Part shown: positions 10,800 through 21,375 of the stretch, in pieces | Numbering within the stretch: the first letter of the stretch is position 1 | Layout: each line of letters begins with the position of its first letter | Assembly (NCBI GenBank): GCA_964547735.1 | Contig: CAZJOV010000001.1 | Location: forward strand, 5,789 to 69,788 | Length of the DNA stretch: 64,000 bases | From: an uncultured Planctomycetia bacterium | GTDB taxonomy: Bacteria; Omnitrophota; Gorgyraeia; Duberdicusellales; 4484-171 | Direction: 5' to 3' | Translations under genes and position numbers: made by a program | Notes under the pieces: model-generated | What the model saw: only the letters and a program-made list of their open reading frames with translations | What the model was told of the DNA's origin: nothing | Databases searched by the model: none

Positions 10800-11341
10800 T
10801 TTTGACTTAACTCTAAAATTCCTCTTCTTAAATATAATGCTCCTGAAACCAAAGTAAAGAAAGCCGTCAGAAGCCAAAAAATCTTCAAGTATAATAAAGG
10901 AAATAATTTAGAAAGCATAACTAAAATTGTAATCATCTGAAAAAAAGTAGTCAGTTTCCCCCATAATGAAGGAGAAATAGGAACTTCAATTTTTAAAAAG
11001 GTAAGAATAACAATCCCTAAAAGAATTATGAAATCTCTACTTACAACAATAATAACCAACCATAAAGGAGGATAAGGAAACACCTTTAAAAGATAAAGAG
11101 TAATAAAGGCAGTAATAAGAAGTAATTTATCTGCTAAGGGATCAAGAACTACACCAATAGAGCTTTTCTCTTTCTTTATCCGTGCTACTAACCCATCTAA
11201 GAAATCACTTAAAACAGCAAGAACAAATACTCCTATAGCTATCTTCTTAAGAAAAGGAAAAGACTTAGAATAAAGAAGTAAAGAGACAAAGATAGGAACA
11301 AAAATAATCCTTACCAGGGAAAGTTTATCCGCAAAACTCAT
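10796..11341 (-). CDS. pgsA: CDP-alcohol phosphatidyltransferase (PgsA-like)
   Basis: DFLDGLVAR...G.VLDPLADK motif. Confidence 0.8.
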   Translation of the reverse strand: MSFADKLSLVRIIFVPIFVSLLLYSKSFPFLKKIAIGVFVLAVLSDFLDGLVARIKKEKSSIGVVLDPLADKLLLITAFITLYLLKVFPYPPLWLVIIVVSRDFIILLGIVILTFLKIEVPISPSLWGKLTTFFQMITILVMLSKLFPLLYLKIFWLLTAFFTLVSGALYLRRGILELSQK

Positions 11342-11352
11342 TCTTTTACTAA

Positions 11353-11655
11353 TTACTCCTCTTCCTCCCCAATAGTCTTAAGTTTCGTCCCATCATAGGG
11401 ACAGTATTCTACATCGGAGGTAAACCGACGACCGCATTTAGGGCAGAATTTTGTCTCCATTTTTTCTGCAATTACAGAGCCGGCTACTGCTCCCACTGCC
11501 GCTCCAATTCCTGCTCCCTCGGCGGTGTGTCCTGATTGATGTCCAATAATTGCTCCTAATGTGCCTCCAGCAACCGCTCCGGTAGCTGCACCCCTCTGCA
11601 CGGTAGTACACCCACAAACTAAACCTAAAATAATAATTAAACTTAGGTAACGCAT
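11353..11655 (-). CDS. Glycine-zipper lipoprotein with C-terminal zinc ribbon
   Basis: Lipobox-like VCGC, GAATGAVAGGTLGAIIG, CPKCG...CPYDG; SD AGGAGG before ATG 11655. Confidence 0.75.
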   Translation of the reverse strand: MRYLSLIIILGLVCGCTTVQRGAATGAVAGGTLGAIIGHQSGHTAEGAGIGAAVGAVAGSVIAEKMETKFCPKCGRRFTSDVEYCPYDGTKLKTIGEEEE

Positions 11656-11668
11656 TCCGCCTCCTTTC

Positions 11669-12235
11669 CTATTCAATCATTCCTATTCTTTTAGGTGGCC
11701 ACCAAATAAATATAGCCTTTCCAATAATATCTTTCTCATCCACAAACCCCCAACAACGACTATCAAAACTGGAAATACTGTTATCCCCCAAAACAAAATA
11801 CTCTCCTTGAGGAACCACTACATCAGTGTACTTATACTCTCTTCCTTCACTATAATAATAGTGGTTGGCAATATTGGGTTGAGTAATAAGCTTTCCATTA
11901 ACATAAATATTACCATCCTTAATTACAATATGCTCTCCAGGCAATCCAACCAACCGTTTAACATAAGCTTTTCTCCTATCACAAGGAGGAACAAATACAA
12001 TTACCTCTCCTCTTTCTGGCTTTCTTATCCCTGGAATTCTTAAACTAGTAAAAGGAACTTTTGGCCCATAAACTAATTTACTTACAAATATCTTATCTCC
12101 AGGCTTAAGAGTGGGAACCATAGAATTAGTAGGAATTTTATAAATTTGGAAGAAAAAAGTCCTTAAAAATATCGCTAAAGAACCGGCAATAACAATTGAT
12201 TCTATCCATTCTCTTAAAGCACTTTTCTTCTTCAT
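11669..12235 (-). CDS. lepB: Signal peptidase I
   Basis: SMVPTL, YVKRLVGLPGE, GDN...S.DSR. Confidence 0.95.
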   Translation of the reverse strand: MKKKSALREWIESIVIAGSLAIFLRTFFFQIYKIPTNSMVPTLKPGDKIFVSKLVYGPKVPFTSLRIPGIRKPERGEVIVFVPPCDRRKAYVKRLVGLPGEHIVIKDGNIYVNGKLITQPNIANHYYYSEGREYKYTDVVVPQGEYFVLGDNSISSFDSRCWGFVDEKDIIGKAIFIWWPPKRIGMIE

Positions 12236-14016
12236 TTCTCCATCCTCAATATTTCCAAGAATGCTTCCTTAGGAACGCTTACTTTTCCAATCTGCTTTAA
12301 CTTCTTCTTTCCTTCTTTCTGCTTCTCCCACAGTTTTCTTTTACGGGTGATGTCTCCTCCATAACATTTGGCAGTAACATTTTTTCTTAGAGGAGGAATG
12401 CGCTGGGAAGCAATAATTTTTGAACCAATAGCCGCCTGAATATTTACCTCAAATATCTGGCGAGGAATAATCTTTTTTAACTTTAAAACCGCTTCCTTAG
12501 CTTTCTCATAGGCTTTGTCTTTATGGGTTAAAAAAGAAAAAGCCTCCACAATATCACGGTTGAAAAGAATATCTACCTTCACTATCTCTGTCTTTTTATA
12601 ACCAATAAATTCATAATCTAAAGAGCCGTAACCGCGGGTTACCGACTTTATTTTATCATAAAAATCTACAATAATTTCTGAAAGAGGAAGTTCAAATATA
12701 ATATTCAATCTGTCCTTTCCCAAATAATCCATCTTAACAAAATCTCCTCTTCTTGACTTTGCCAGCTCACAAATCGACTCCATACTATCTAAAGGCGTAA
12801 GAATAGAAACCTTAACAAATGGCTCCTCTATTTCTTCAATAGAATGCGAAGGAGGAAGTCGATGGGGAGTCTCCACATCAAAAATTTTACCATCTTTTGC
12901 CTTTACTCTATATTTAACATTAGGTGAGGTGATAATCAAATTCAGCCCGAATTCGCGTTCTAAACGCTCCTCAGTTATCTCCATATGCAATAATCCTAAA
13001 AAACCACACCTAAATCCATAACCCAAGGAACCCAGGTTATCTGGTTCATAGGAAAAGGAAGGATCCTGAAGATGTAGTTTCTCCAAAGCTTGACGTAAAA
13101 GTTCATAATCCTTAGGAAAATTAGGAAATATCCCGCAAAAAACCATAGGAGGCATCCTTTTATATCCCAAAAGGGGAGTAACCAAGGAATTACAGGATGT
13201 AATCGTATCCGGTATATTTACTTCCTGTGGATGTTTAATATGGCAACATAAATATCCTACCTCTCCAGAAGAAAGAATTTCTTTTTTTACTGGTTGAGGG
13301 GTAAAAACTCCTAATTCTTCTACTTTATAATTTCTCTTGGATTGTAAAAGAACGATTTCATCTCCTGCTCTGATTTCCCCATCAAATACGCGCACAAAAA
13401 GAATAACGCCCTTATAAACATCATAAGTAGAATCAAAGACAAAGGCCTTAAGAGGCCCTTGAAAATTGCCGGAGGGAGAAGGAATCTCTTTTATCATTCT
13501 CTCCAAAAGTTCCTTTACGCCTCTTCCTTCTTTGGCAGACACCAAAGATATCTCCTCTTCTTTAAACCCAAAAATTTCTTTTAATTGAGAGGATGTTCTC
13601 TCAATATCTGCTTGAGGCAAATCAATCTTATTAATTACGGGAAGAATCCTTAAATCACCCTCTAAAGCCAGATAAAAGTTAGCTACCGTCTGCGCCTCTA
13701 CTCCTTGTGTGGCATCAACGAGTAAAATTGCTCCCTCAGTAGCTTTCAAAGATTTTGCCACCTCATAACTAAAATCTACATGCCCGGGAGTATCAATGAG
13801 ATTTAAGATATAATCACCAAAATTCAGCCTTACCGCCTTTGCTTTTATAGTTATCCCTCTTTCTCTTTCTAACTCCATACTGTCTAAAAATTGCTCCCGC
13901 ATCTTCTCTTTTCCTATAGCCTTGGTTAGCTCAAGAATTCTATCCGCTAACGTAGACTTTCCATGGTCAATATGAGCAATGATACAAAAATTTCTTATTC
14001 TTTCTCTTTCTTGCAT
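12232..14016 (-). CDS. lepA: Elongation factor 4
   Basis: AHIDHGKSTLADR, GFLGLLH, KCYGGDITRKRKL. Confidence 0.98.
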   Translation of the reverse strand: MQERERIRNFCIIAHIDHGKSTLADRILELTKAIGKEKMREQFLDSMELERERGITIKAKAVRLNFGDYILNLIDTPGHVDFSYEVAKSLKATEGAILLVDATQGVEAQTVANFYLALEGDLRILPVINKIDLPQADIERTSSQLKEIFGFKEEEISLVSAKEGRGVKELLERMIKEIPSPSGNFQGPLKAFVFDSTYDVYKGVILFVRVFDGEIRAGDEIVLLQSKRNYKVEELGVFTPQPVKKEILSSGEVGYLCCHIKHPQEVNIPDTITSCNSLVTPLLGYKRMPPMVFCGIFPNFPKDYELLRQALEKLHLQDPSFSYEPDNLGSLGYGFRCGFLGLLHMEITEERLEREFGLNLIITSPNVKYRVKAKDGKIFDVETPHRLPPSHSIEEIEEPFVKVSILTPLDSMESICELAKSRRGDFVKMDYLGKDRLNIIFELPLSEIIVDFYDKIKSVTRGYGSLDYEFIGYKKTEIVKVDILFNRDIVEAFSFLTHKDKAYEKAKEAVLKLKKIIPRQIFEVNIQAAIGSKIIASQRIPPLRKNVTAKCYGGDITRKRKLWEKQKEGKKKLKQIGKVSVPKEAFLEILRMEK

Positions 14017-14654
14017 ATATAACCAAGAAGTTTTTCTACCACTTCCTCTATAGAAAGATCGGTGGTATCTATATAGATAGCATCCTCGCTCTTTTTAAGT
14101 GGACCTTCTTTTCTTTCTAAATCCGCCCTATCTCTTTTTTTTAAATCTTTTTCTACCTCCTCCAGAGAAATACTAATTTTTTTCTTCTCCAATTCCTTAA
14201 ATCTGCGCTTTAAGCGAACAGAAAACTCGGCATCCAGAAAAAATTTAAACTCTGCCTTAGGAAAAACTACGGTGGTGATATCTCTGCCCTCAACAACAAA
14301 GTCTTTGCCTTGAGCAATCTTTCTTTGCATCTTTACTAAAACCTCTCTTACCTTAGGCTTTTCTGCCACTTTAGAAACAGTTTTATCTATAATCGGCTCT
14401 CTTATCTTTTCAGTAATAACTTCCTCATCCAGAAATATTTTCCCTTTTGAAAAATCAAAATTTAAATTTAAAGTTCTTGCTAACTCCTCCAGACGCTCCT
14501 CATCATCCAAATCTACACTTTCTTTCAATGCCTTATAAGTTAATGCACGATAGGTAGCCCCCGTATCAAGATAAAGAATGCCCAACCTTTGCGCCAGAAG
14601 TTTTGCTACAGTAGTTTTTCCTGAACCTGCTGGTCCATCAATAGCAACAATCAT
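13995..14654 (-). CDS. cmk: Cytidylate kinase
   Basis: IDGPAGSGKTT, LDTGA.YRA, EGRDI. Confidence 0.95.
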   Translation of the reverse strand: MIVAIDGPAGSGKTTVAKLLAQRLGILYLDTGATYRALTYKALKESVDLDDEERLEELARTLNLNFDFSKGKIFLDEEVITEKIREPIIDKTVSKVAEKPKVREVLVKMQRKIAQGKDFVVEGRDITTVVFPKAEFKFFLDAEFSVRLKRRFKELEKKKISISLEEVEKDLKKRDRADLERKEGPLKKSEDAIYIDTTDLSIEEVVEKLLGYICKKEKE

Positions 14655-15478
14655 CTCGGCAAAAACACCTTTTTATTTACTTCCTTAAGCATCCTTATAA
14701 GAACTCTTGAATTATTTGCTTTAAGATTCTTTTTAAATTTTTCCAAAGTTATAACAAATTGATTTATCACTTTTACTAAATTCTTACGGTTAACAAGAAA
14801 AATTTCGCTCCACAAATATATGTTTGATTTTGCCATGCGAGTTAATGCTTTGAAACTTTTAAGATTAAAAGAGAAAAAATCAGAAGGAACCACTTTTACC
14901 AAAGAAAAAGAAAGCAGATGAGGAAAATGAGAAAGGTAAGCCAAAATTTCATCATGCAGATGAGGATTTACAAATACAGTTTTTACCCCCAGCAAATGCC
15001 ACATTCTTTTTATTTTACGAGTGGATTTTTTTTTAAATGAGGAAGTGATAATACACACTTTATCTTTATAAAGCTCAGAGGTGGCAAACTCTGCTCCACT
15101 TTTTTCACTTCCACATAAAGGATGGCAGCCAACAAAGTTTTTGGAATAATTTAATCCTTGTGCTACTTTCTCTATGTTTTCCTTGGTGCTTCCTAAATCA
15201 ACAACGATAGTCTTCTTTTGCACAAATGGCTCTATTTTTAAAAGATACTCTTCAATCTTTTTTACAGGAAGAGCCAAAACCACCAGTTCACTTTCTCTTA
15301 CCAATGTTTTTAAATCCTCGGTTGCCTCATCTACAATTTTAAGTCGTTTAAGTCTTTTATAAGAATTTTTATTTCTTGCAAAACCCACAACCCAAGAGGA
15401 AGGAAACCTTTTTTTATAAGCTAACGAAAAAGACCCCCCCATCAAACCCACACCAATTATTCCCAATCTCTTAAACAT
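14651..15478 (-). CDS. tyrA: Prephenate/arogenate dehydrogenase
   Basis: G.GLMGGS, DLGSTK, HPLCGSEKSG, HD....SH.PH. Confidence 0.92.
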   Translation of the reverse strand: MFKRLGIIGVGLMGGSFSLAYKKRFPSSWVVGFARNKNSYKRLKRLKIVDEATEDLKTLVRESELVVLALPVKKIEEYLLKIEPFVQKKTIVVDLGSTKENIEKVAQGLNYSKNFVGCHPLCGSEKSGAEFATSELYKDKVCIITSSFKKKSTRKIKRMWHLLGVKTVFVNPHLHDEILAYLSHFPHLLSFSLVKVVPSDFFSFNLKSFKALTRMAKSNIYLWSEIFLVNRKNLVKVINQFVITLEKFKKNLKANNSRVLIRMLKEVNKKVFLPR

Positions 15479-16495
15479 CTATATTTTTCTCCCCACTACT
15501 TGAGCAATATCTTTCAAATCCTGCATCAGCAAAGAAAATCTTTCAGGAAGCAGCTGTTGAGGTCCATCACTTAAAGCCTCCTCAGGATTAGGGTGAACTT
15601 CGATTAAAAGACCATCACATCCACAGGCTATGGCTGCCTTAGCTAAAGGAGAAACTAAACCCCATTTTCCTGTAGCATGAGAAGGATCAACGATAATGGG
15701 AAGATGAGATAGTTCTTTTACTAAAGGCACGCAGCTTAAATCCAAAGTATTGCGTGTTGCTTCTTCAAAAGTTCGAATGCCTCTCTCACATAAAATTACA
15801 TTAAAATTTCCTCCCGAAAGAATATACTCTGCACTCATTAAAAACTCTTTAATCGTAGCGCTCAATCCTCGCTTTAAAAGTACAGGTTTCTGGGTTTGCC
15901 CTACTTCTTTAAGGAGATTGAAATTTTGCATATTTCTTGCTCCAATCTGTAAAATATCCGCATAATGAGCCACTAATTCCACATCACGGGGATCCATTAC
16001 TTCAGTAATAGTGGGAATATTCAATTTTGAAGATACTTCTTTCAAAATCTTAAGGCCCTCTTCACCCAATCCCTGAAAACTGTAAGGAGAAGTGCGAGGT
16101 TTAAATGCTCCGCCTCTTAAAATCTTTGCTCCTGCTTCTCTAATTTTTTCTGCTACATTAAAAAGTTGCTCTTCTGATTCTATAGAACAAGGACCGGCAA
16201 TCACTATAATCTCTTCCCCTCCAATCACTACATCTTCTCTTATCTTTATTATTGAATTTTCCTTTTTAAATTCACGAGAAACAAGTCGATAAGGTGCCAA
16301 AACAGGCATTACCTTCTCCACCCCAGGGAATACTTCAAAAGGTTGAATACGGGCAATATCTTCAGGCCCAATAATCCCTACAATCGTTCTTTCCACCCCT
16401 TGAGAAACCATTGGTTTCAGTCCTAATTTCTCAATTCTTTCTACCACGTGTTTAATTTCTTCCGCCGTAGCTTCTTTTTTAAATACGATAATCAT
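15479..16495 (-). CDS. aroF: DAHP synthase, type I-beta with N-terminal regulatory domain
   Basis: IAGPCSIES, GAFKPRTSPYSFQG, GARNMQN, DPSH. Confidence 0.95.
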   Translation of the reverse strand: MIIVFKKEATAEEIKHVVERIEKLGLKPMVSQGVERTIVGIIGPEDIARIQPFEVFPGVEKVMPVLAPYRLVSREFKKENSIIKIREDVVIGGEEIIVIAGPCSIESEEQLFNVAEKIREAGAKILRGGAFKPRTSPYSFQGLGEEGLKILKEVSSKLNIPTITEVMDPRDVELVAHYADILQIGARNMQNFNLLKEVGQTQKPVLLKRGLSATIKEFLMSAEYILSGGNFNVILCERGIRTFEEATRNTLDLSCVPLVKELSHLPIIVDPSHATGKWGLVSPLAKAAIACGCDGLLIEVHPNPEEALSDGPQQLLPERFSLLMQDLKDIAQVVGRKI

Positions 16496-17591
16496 AAATC
16501 TCCTCCTTCTTCAAATAATTACTTAATTCTCTTATAAACTTAACATTCTCTTTATGCTTTCCTACGGTTACACGAAAAAAATTTTTCAGTCCCCAACTGG
16601 TAAGGGGACGAATAATTATCCCTTTTTTTAAAAAATAACTATTCAATTTATCTACATCTCTTTTAAAATTAACCAAGATAAAATTAGTTACACTTTTGAT
16701 AAATTCCAAATTTAACCTTGCCAATTGTTGGTATAAATACTCTCTCTCTTTTTTTATATAATTACAAACCCTTTTTAAAACTTCTTTATTCTCCAACGCA
16801 ACTAAAGCGGCTCTCTGGGCAATCCTATTTACGTTAAAGGGTTCTCTTACTTTATTCAATATCTCTGCAATCGAAGAAGATGTAATTGCATAACCTATCC
16901 TTAATCCTGCCAATCCATAAGCTTTAGAGAATGTACGGGTAATTATTAAATTTTTTCTCTTTTTCAAAAATTCTAAACTCTTAGGAAAATCTTTTCTATC
17001 TACAAATTCATAATAAGCTTCATCGAAAAATATTAAAACCTGAGAGGGGACTCTATCCAGAAATTCTTCTATCTCTTTATGGGACAGATAGGTTCCACAA
17101 GGATTATCTGGATTAGCAATAAAAATAACCTTTGTATTTTTGGTAATTGCTTTAAGCATTCCCTCCAAATCATAACGGTAGTTTTTAAAAGGAACACGTA
17201 AAACTTTAGCCTGATGAATTTTGGACTGCAACTCATAGATAAGAAAAGTGGGAAACCCCACAATTACTTCCTCGTTTTTTTTTCTTATAAAGCTTCTTAA
17301 CGCCAAAACTACAATCTCATCCGAACCATTCCCAAAAACAATCTGGTCTTCTTTTACCCTAAACTTTTTAGCTATCTTTTTTCTCAAATAAAAACAATTT
17401 CCCTCAGGATAACGATTAATATTTTTAAGCTCTTCTTCTACTGCCTTCTTTATATAAAGAGGAGAAAAAGGAATTTCATTAGAGGCAAGTTTATAAACCT
17501 CTTTTAGTTTTAATTCTCTCTTTAGCTCTTCTGTCGGTTTTCCCGGAATATATCCTTTTATATTCCTTAATGTTTTATCTATCTTTATCAT
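16479..17591 (-). CDS. hisC: Histidinol-phosphate aminotransferase
   Basis: KLASNE, GNGSDE, DEAY, RTFSKAYGLAGLRIGY. Confidence 0.95.
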   Translation of the reverse strand: MIKIDKTLRNIKGYIPGKPTEELKRELKLKEVYKLASNEIPFSPLYIKKAVEEELKNINRYPEGNCFYLRKKIAKKFRVKEDQIVFGNGSDEIVVLALRSFIRKKNEEVIVGFPTFLIYELQSKIHQAKVLRVPFKNYRYDLEGMLKAITKNTKVIFIANPDNPCGTYLSHKEIEEFLDRVPSQVLIFFDEAYYEFVDRKDFPKSLEFLKKRKNLIITRTFSKAYGLAGLRIGYAITSSSIAEILNKVREPFNVNRIAQRAALVALENKEVLKRVCNYIKKEREYLYQQLARLNLEFIKSVTNFILVNFKRDVDKLNSYFLKKGIIIRPLTSWGLKNFFRVTVGKHKENVKFIRELSNYLKKEEIYDYRI

Positions 17592-17594
17592 CTA

Positions 17595-18662
17595 TTAACT
17601 CTCTTTAGGATAAGAACCTAAAATTTTGACAAAATTACACCTTTTCTCTAACTCTTTAAGACTTTTTTGGACATTCTCATCAAGTCTGTGCCCTTCAAAA
17701 TCTACAAAGAAATAATACTCCCAGGCTTTTCTTTTGGAAGGACGTGACTCAATTTTGGTAAGGTTTATCTTATATTTTTTAAAAGAATAGAGAGCATCAT
17801 GTAAGGCCCCTACTTTATCTTTTATGGAAAATAAAAGGGATGTCTTATCCTTTCCTGAAGGAGCACTGTCCTTCTTAGCGATTACTAAAAATCGAGTAAG
17901 ATTAAAGTTTACATCCTGAATATTTTTGGCTAAAATCTTCAAGTCATATAAAGAAGATAAAATCCTGCTTCCGATGCAGGCTCCTTCCCTATCCCTTTTT
18001 GCCTTAAGAGCAGCTAAAGCAGTAGAGGCACAAGAGATAAGTTCTATATTTTTCAAATTTCCGCTCAACCATTTTCTACACTGAGCAAAAACTTGAGGAT
18101 GAGAATAGATTCTTTTTACTTTTTTCAAAAAACAGTTGGCTAATAAATCATGGTGAATATCCAAAAGAATCTCCGCACATATCTTAAGAGAAGAATCCAA
18201 AAACATATCTAAAGTATAATTTACCACACCTTCAATGGAATTCTCAATAGGAACTACACCAAAATCAGCATTATCCTTATCCACCATCTCAAATACCTCA
18301 TTTATACTCTCACAGGAACAATATTCCATTTTTTTACCAAATTTTTTTATTGCCGCAAGATGAGTAAATGTTCCCTGCGGTCCAAAATAAACAACCTTAA
18401 GATTTGTCTCTAAGGAACGAAAAACAGAAAAAATCTCTTTAAAAATTAACTCTATATCTGATTCTTTGAGAACAGAAGTGCTAATTTTTTTTAACCTTTC
18501 TAAAATCTTTCTTTCTCTTTCTGGAGAGAATACATCAAGATTTTTTCTTTTCTTTATGACACTAATTCTCTTCACTATCTTTGCTCTCTCCAAAAGAAGC
18601 CTAACAATTTCGTTATCTATCTTATCAATTTTCTTACGTAAAGAGTCAATGGACATCTTCAA
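17595..18662 (-). CDS. pheA: Chorismate mutase/prephenate dehydratase
   Basis: N-terminal CM domain, VPIENSIEG, N.TRF, INLTKIESRP. Confidence 0.95.
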   Translation of the reverse strand: MKMSIDSLRKKIDKIDNEIVRLLLERAKIVKRISVIKKRKNLDVFSPERERKILERLKKISTSVLKESDIELIFKEIFSVFRSLETNLKVVYFGPQGTFTHLAAIKKFGKKMEYCSCESINEVFEMVDKDNADFGVVPIENSIEGVVNYTLDMFLDSSLKICAEILLDIHHDLLANCFLKKVKRIYSHPQVFAQCRKWLSGNLKNIELISCASTALAALKAKRDREGACIGSRILSSLYDLKILAKNIQDVNFNLTRFLVIAKKDSAPSGKDKTSLLFSIKDKVGALHDALYSFKKYKINLTKIESRPSKRKAWEYYFFVDFEGHRLDENVQKSLKELEKRCNFVKILGSYPKES

Positions 18663-19374
18663 AGATTTTTTTTGCTTCTTTAAGAGAACTTTTTGTTCCT
18701 ATATCCACCCATAGCCCTTCAAAAAGATAACAGAAGACTTTAGTCTTTTTTGCCAGCCATCTAATATAGTCGCCAATCATATCTATATCCTTTTTTTCTT
18801 TAATATATTCATCAATAAACCCTAAACTTTCTTTAGGAAAAAAATAAATACAAGTAGCTACCAGATCCGATACAAACTCTTTTGGTTTTTCTATTAACTC
18901 CTTAACCAAATCTCCTTCTTTTTTTACCACTCCTAACTGCATAGTTTTCTCTTTATCTTTTACTCTATATATCCCAATTACAGGATATGGTCTCTTTCCT
19001 AAAGAAAAACGAATAAATCCATCTAACTCCCAGTTGAAGATATTATCCGAGCCAAGAATAAGCCAGTCATCTTTTACGTGAATAGCAAACTTTATATCTC
19101 CTATTGCTCCTCTTCTTTTTTTCGGTGATGTAGAACCATCATCTAAAATAACGAAGTTATTTCCTTTATTCCATTCTAAAAATTTCTCATAAAATCTATG
19201 ATTGGAAACAATTATTACTTCATCTATTTTAACTTTTTCTTTTAAATTATCAATCTTTTCTACTAAAAAATCCAAAAGACATCTCCCTCCTAAAGATAGT
19301 AATGCTTTGGGGGTAGCTAAAGTGAGAGGATAAAGACGTGTGCCATAACCTGCAGCTAAAATTAAAATTCTCAT
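18646..19374 (-). CDS. Sugar-phosphate nucleotidyltransferase family protein
   Basis: LAAGYGTRLYPLT...PKALL, EKP, W.DIGT. Confidence 0.85.
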   Translation of the reverse strand: MRILILAAGYGTRLYPLTLATPKALLSLGGRCLLDFLVEKIDNLKEKVKIDEVIIVSNHRFYEKFLEWNKGNNFVILDDGSTSPKKRRGAIGDIKFAIHVKDDWLILGSDNIFNWELDGFIRFSLGKRPYPVIGIYRVKDKEKTMQLGVVKKEGDLVKELIEKPKEFVSDLVATCIYFFPKESLGFIDEYIKEKKDIDMIGDYIRWLAKKTKVFCYLFEGLWVDIGTKSSLKEAKKIFEDVH

Positions 19375-21119
19375 CAGGTAAAAATCTTATAGAATTTATC
19401 TTTTAAAATCTCTTTAACTTTTTCTTGTAAAAATTTCTCTACTTCTTTAGGGGTAGAAAAATTCAAAGCATGTAAAGCAATCTCTTCCGCTTGCATAAAG
19501 GTTATCTCACAAATTAATTCCTTGACTTTAGGGATAGAAGGAGGAGGCATACTAAACTCATCCAATCCCATCCCCACAAGCAGAGGAGTAAACAAAGGAT
19601 CTCCAGCCATCTCCCCACACATCCCTACCCAGATTCCTTGAATATGGGCGTCTCGGATAACATTCCGGATAAGCCTTAAAACTGCCGGATGTGCTGGCTC
19701 ATAGAGATAAGCTACCTTCTCATCAGCTCTGTCTACCGCTAAGGAATACTGGATTAAATCATTAGTTCCAATGCTAAAAAAATCACATTCCTTAGCTAAA
19801 ATCTCAGCAATTAAGGCAGCAGAGGGCACCTCAATCATTACTCCTACCGCGATATTTTCGTCAAATCTTTTTCTTTCTTTTCTTAATTCCTCTTTACATT
19901 CCTCAAGAATCCTCTTTGCTTCCTTAAGCTCCTCTACTCCTGAAATCATAGGAAACATAATCTTCACATTACCTTCTCCGGAAGCACGCAGAATTGCTCT
20001 CAGTTGAGTTTTAAAAATATGAAGATTGGCCAAACAGAACCTAATTGCTCTCCATCCCAAAAAAGGTGTAAATTCATAAGGGACCTGGGGTTTGGATAAA
20101 AATTTATCCCCACCAATATCTATTGTACGGATAATTACAGAATGAGGCTCTACTTTCCTTGCTGCATTAACATAGGCTTTATACTGTTCATCTTCGGAAG
20201 GAAGCTCCTTCCTCCCTAAAAATATGTATTCGGTACGATAAAGTCCAATACCCTCTGCTCCATAAGTTACCACAGAGGAAAGCTCTTCCGGTAACTCTAT
20301 ATTTGCAGAAAGAATGATTTTTTTTCCGTCTTTAGTTTGAGAGAGGACAGTTTTAGCCAAAGGTATTTTTTTAACGATTATTGACCTTTTCTTTTCATAT
20401 TCTTTTATCCTCTTAGTTGTAGGATTTACATAGACTATTCCTTCAGTTCCATCTACAATGACTGTTTCTCCTCCTTTTATCTTAGAAGTAGCAATCTCTG
20501 TCCCTACTACCGCAGGGATCTCCAAACTTCTTGCAATAATTGCAGTATGGGAAGTTCTTCCTCCTACATCTGTAACAAACCCTAATACATTAGATTTAGG
20601 AAGAAGTGCGGTATCTGAGGGGGAAAGGTCATGAGCAACAATAATTACTTTCTCTTTTATCCCTTCCAAAGACAAAAAGTCTTTCTTAAGAAGTTTGCGC
20701 AACACTCTTTTTGCCACATCTTCAATATCGGTAGCTCTCTCTTTCAAATATTCATCGTCCAACTCTCTGAGGATTTGTGCATATTTTTTAATACTTTGAT
20801 AAAAAGCGAATTCTACATTCACTCTTTGATTTTTTATTTGTTTGATCACCTCCTCAATTAACACTCTGTCTTCTAAAACCAACATATGCGCCTCAAAAAT
20901 TTTTGCTTCTTTATACCCTAAGGAATCACTTATCTTTTTTTGTAAATTAGCAATCTCTCTTCTTGTCTTGATAAGTGCTTCTTCAAGACGATAAATCTCC
21001 CGGGAGATATCGGCATAATCTATCTTTCGGTGAGGAATAAAAAACTCCTCTTTACTAAAATAAAAAGCTTTCCCCTTCACAATTCCCGCAGAAGCCCCAA
21101 TCCCTTTAATCTTAATCAT
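19374..21119 (-). CDS. ptsI: PTS enzyme I
   Basis: GGRTSHTAI, GIGLYRTE, DFFSIGTNDLIQY, GMCGEMAG. Confidence 0.97.
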   Translation of the reverse strand: MIKIKGIGASAGIVKGKAFYFSKEEFFIPHRKIDYADISREIYRLEEALIKTRREIANLQKKISDSLGYKEAKIFEAHMLVLEDRVLIEEVIKQIKNQRVNVEFAFYQSIKKYAQILRELDDEYLKERATDIEDVAKRVLRKLLKKDFLSLEGIKEKVIIVAHDLSPSDTALLPKSNVLGFVTDVGGRTSHTAIIARSLEIPAVVGTEIATSKIKGGETVIVDGTEGIVYVNPTTKRIKEYEKKRSIIVKKIPLAKTVLSQTKDGKKIILSANIELPEELSSVVTYGAEGIGLYRTEYIFLGRKELPSEDEQYKAYVNAARKVEPHSVIIRTIDIGGDKFLSKPQVPYEFTPFLGWRAIRFCLANLHIFKTQLRAILRASGEGNVKIMFPMISGVEELKEAKRILEECKEELRKERKRFDENIAVGVMIEVPSAALIAEILAKECDFFSIGTNDLIQYSLAVDRADEKVAYLYEPAHPAVLRLIRNVIRDAHIQGIWVGMCGEMAGDPLFTPLLVGMGLDEFSMPPPSIPKVKELICEITFMQAEEIALHALNFSTPKEVEKFLQEKVKEILKDKFYKIFT

Positions 21120-21375
21120 TCTTCTCCAAAAATCTTCTTAACTGATGAAATGCTAAGCTTGCTTCTTTACCTTCCACAGTTAACTTTATCCTGGCTCCTT
21201 TATTTATTCCCAGACTTAAAATGGCAATAATCGACTTCCCATCGACTACCTTTCCGTCTTTTTCTATTGCTACAGAAACATCATACTCGGAGGCTATTTG
21301 AACAAACAAAGCAGCAGGACGCGCATGTAAACCTTGGGGATTCCTTACAATTATCTCTTTTTCCACTCTTTCCAT
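21112..21375 (-). CDS. ptsH: HPr phosphocarrier protein
   Basis: GLHARPAA and GKSII motifs. Confidence 0.93.
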   Translation of the reverse strand: MERVEKEIIVRNPQGLHARPAALFVQIASEYDVSVAIEKDGKVVDGKSIIAILSLGINKGARIKLTVEGKEASLAFHQLRRFLEKND

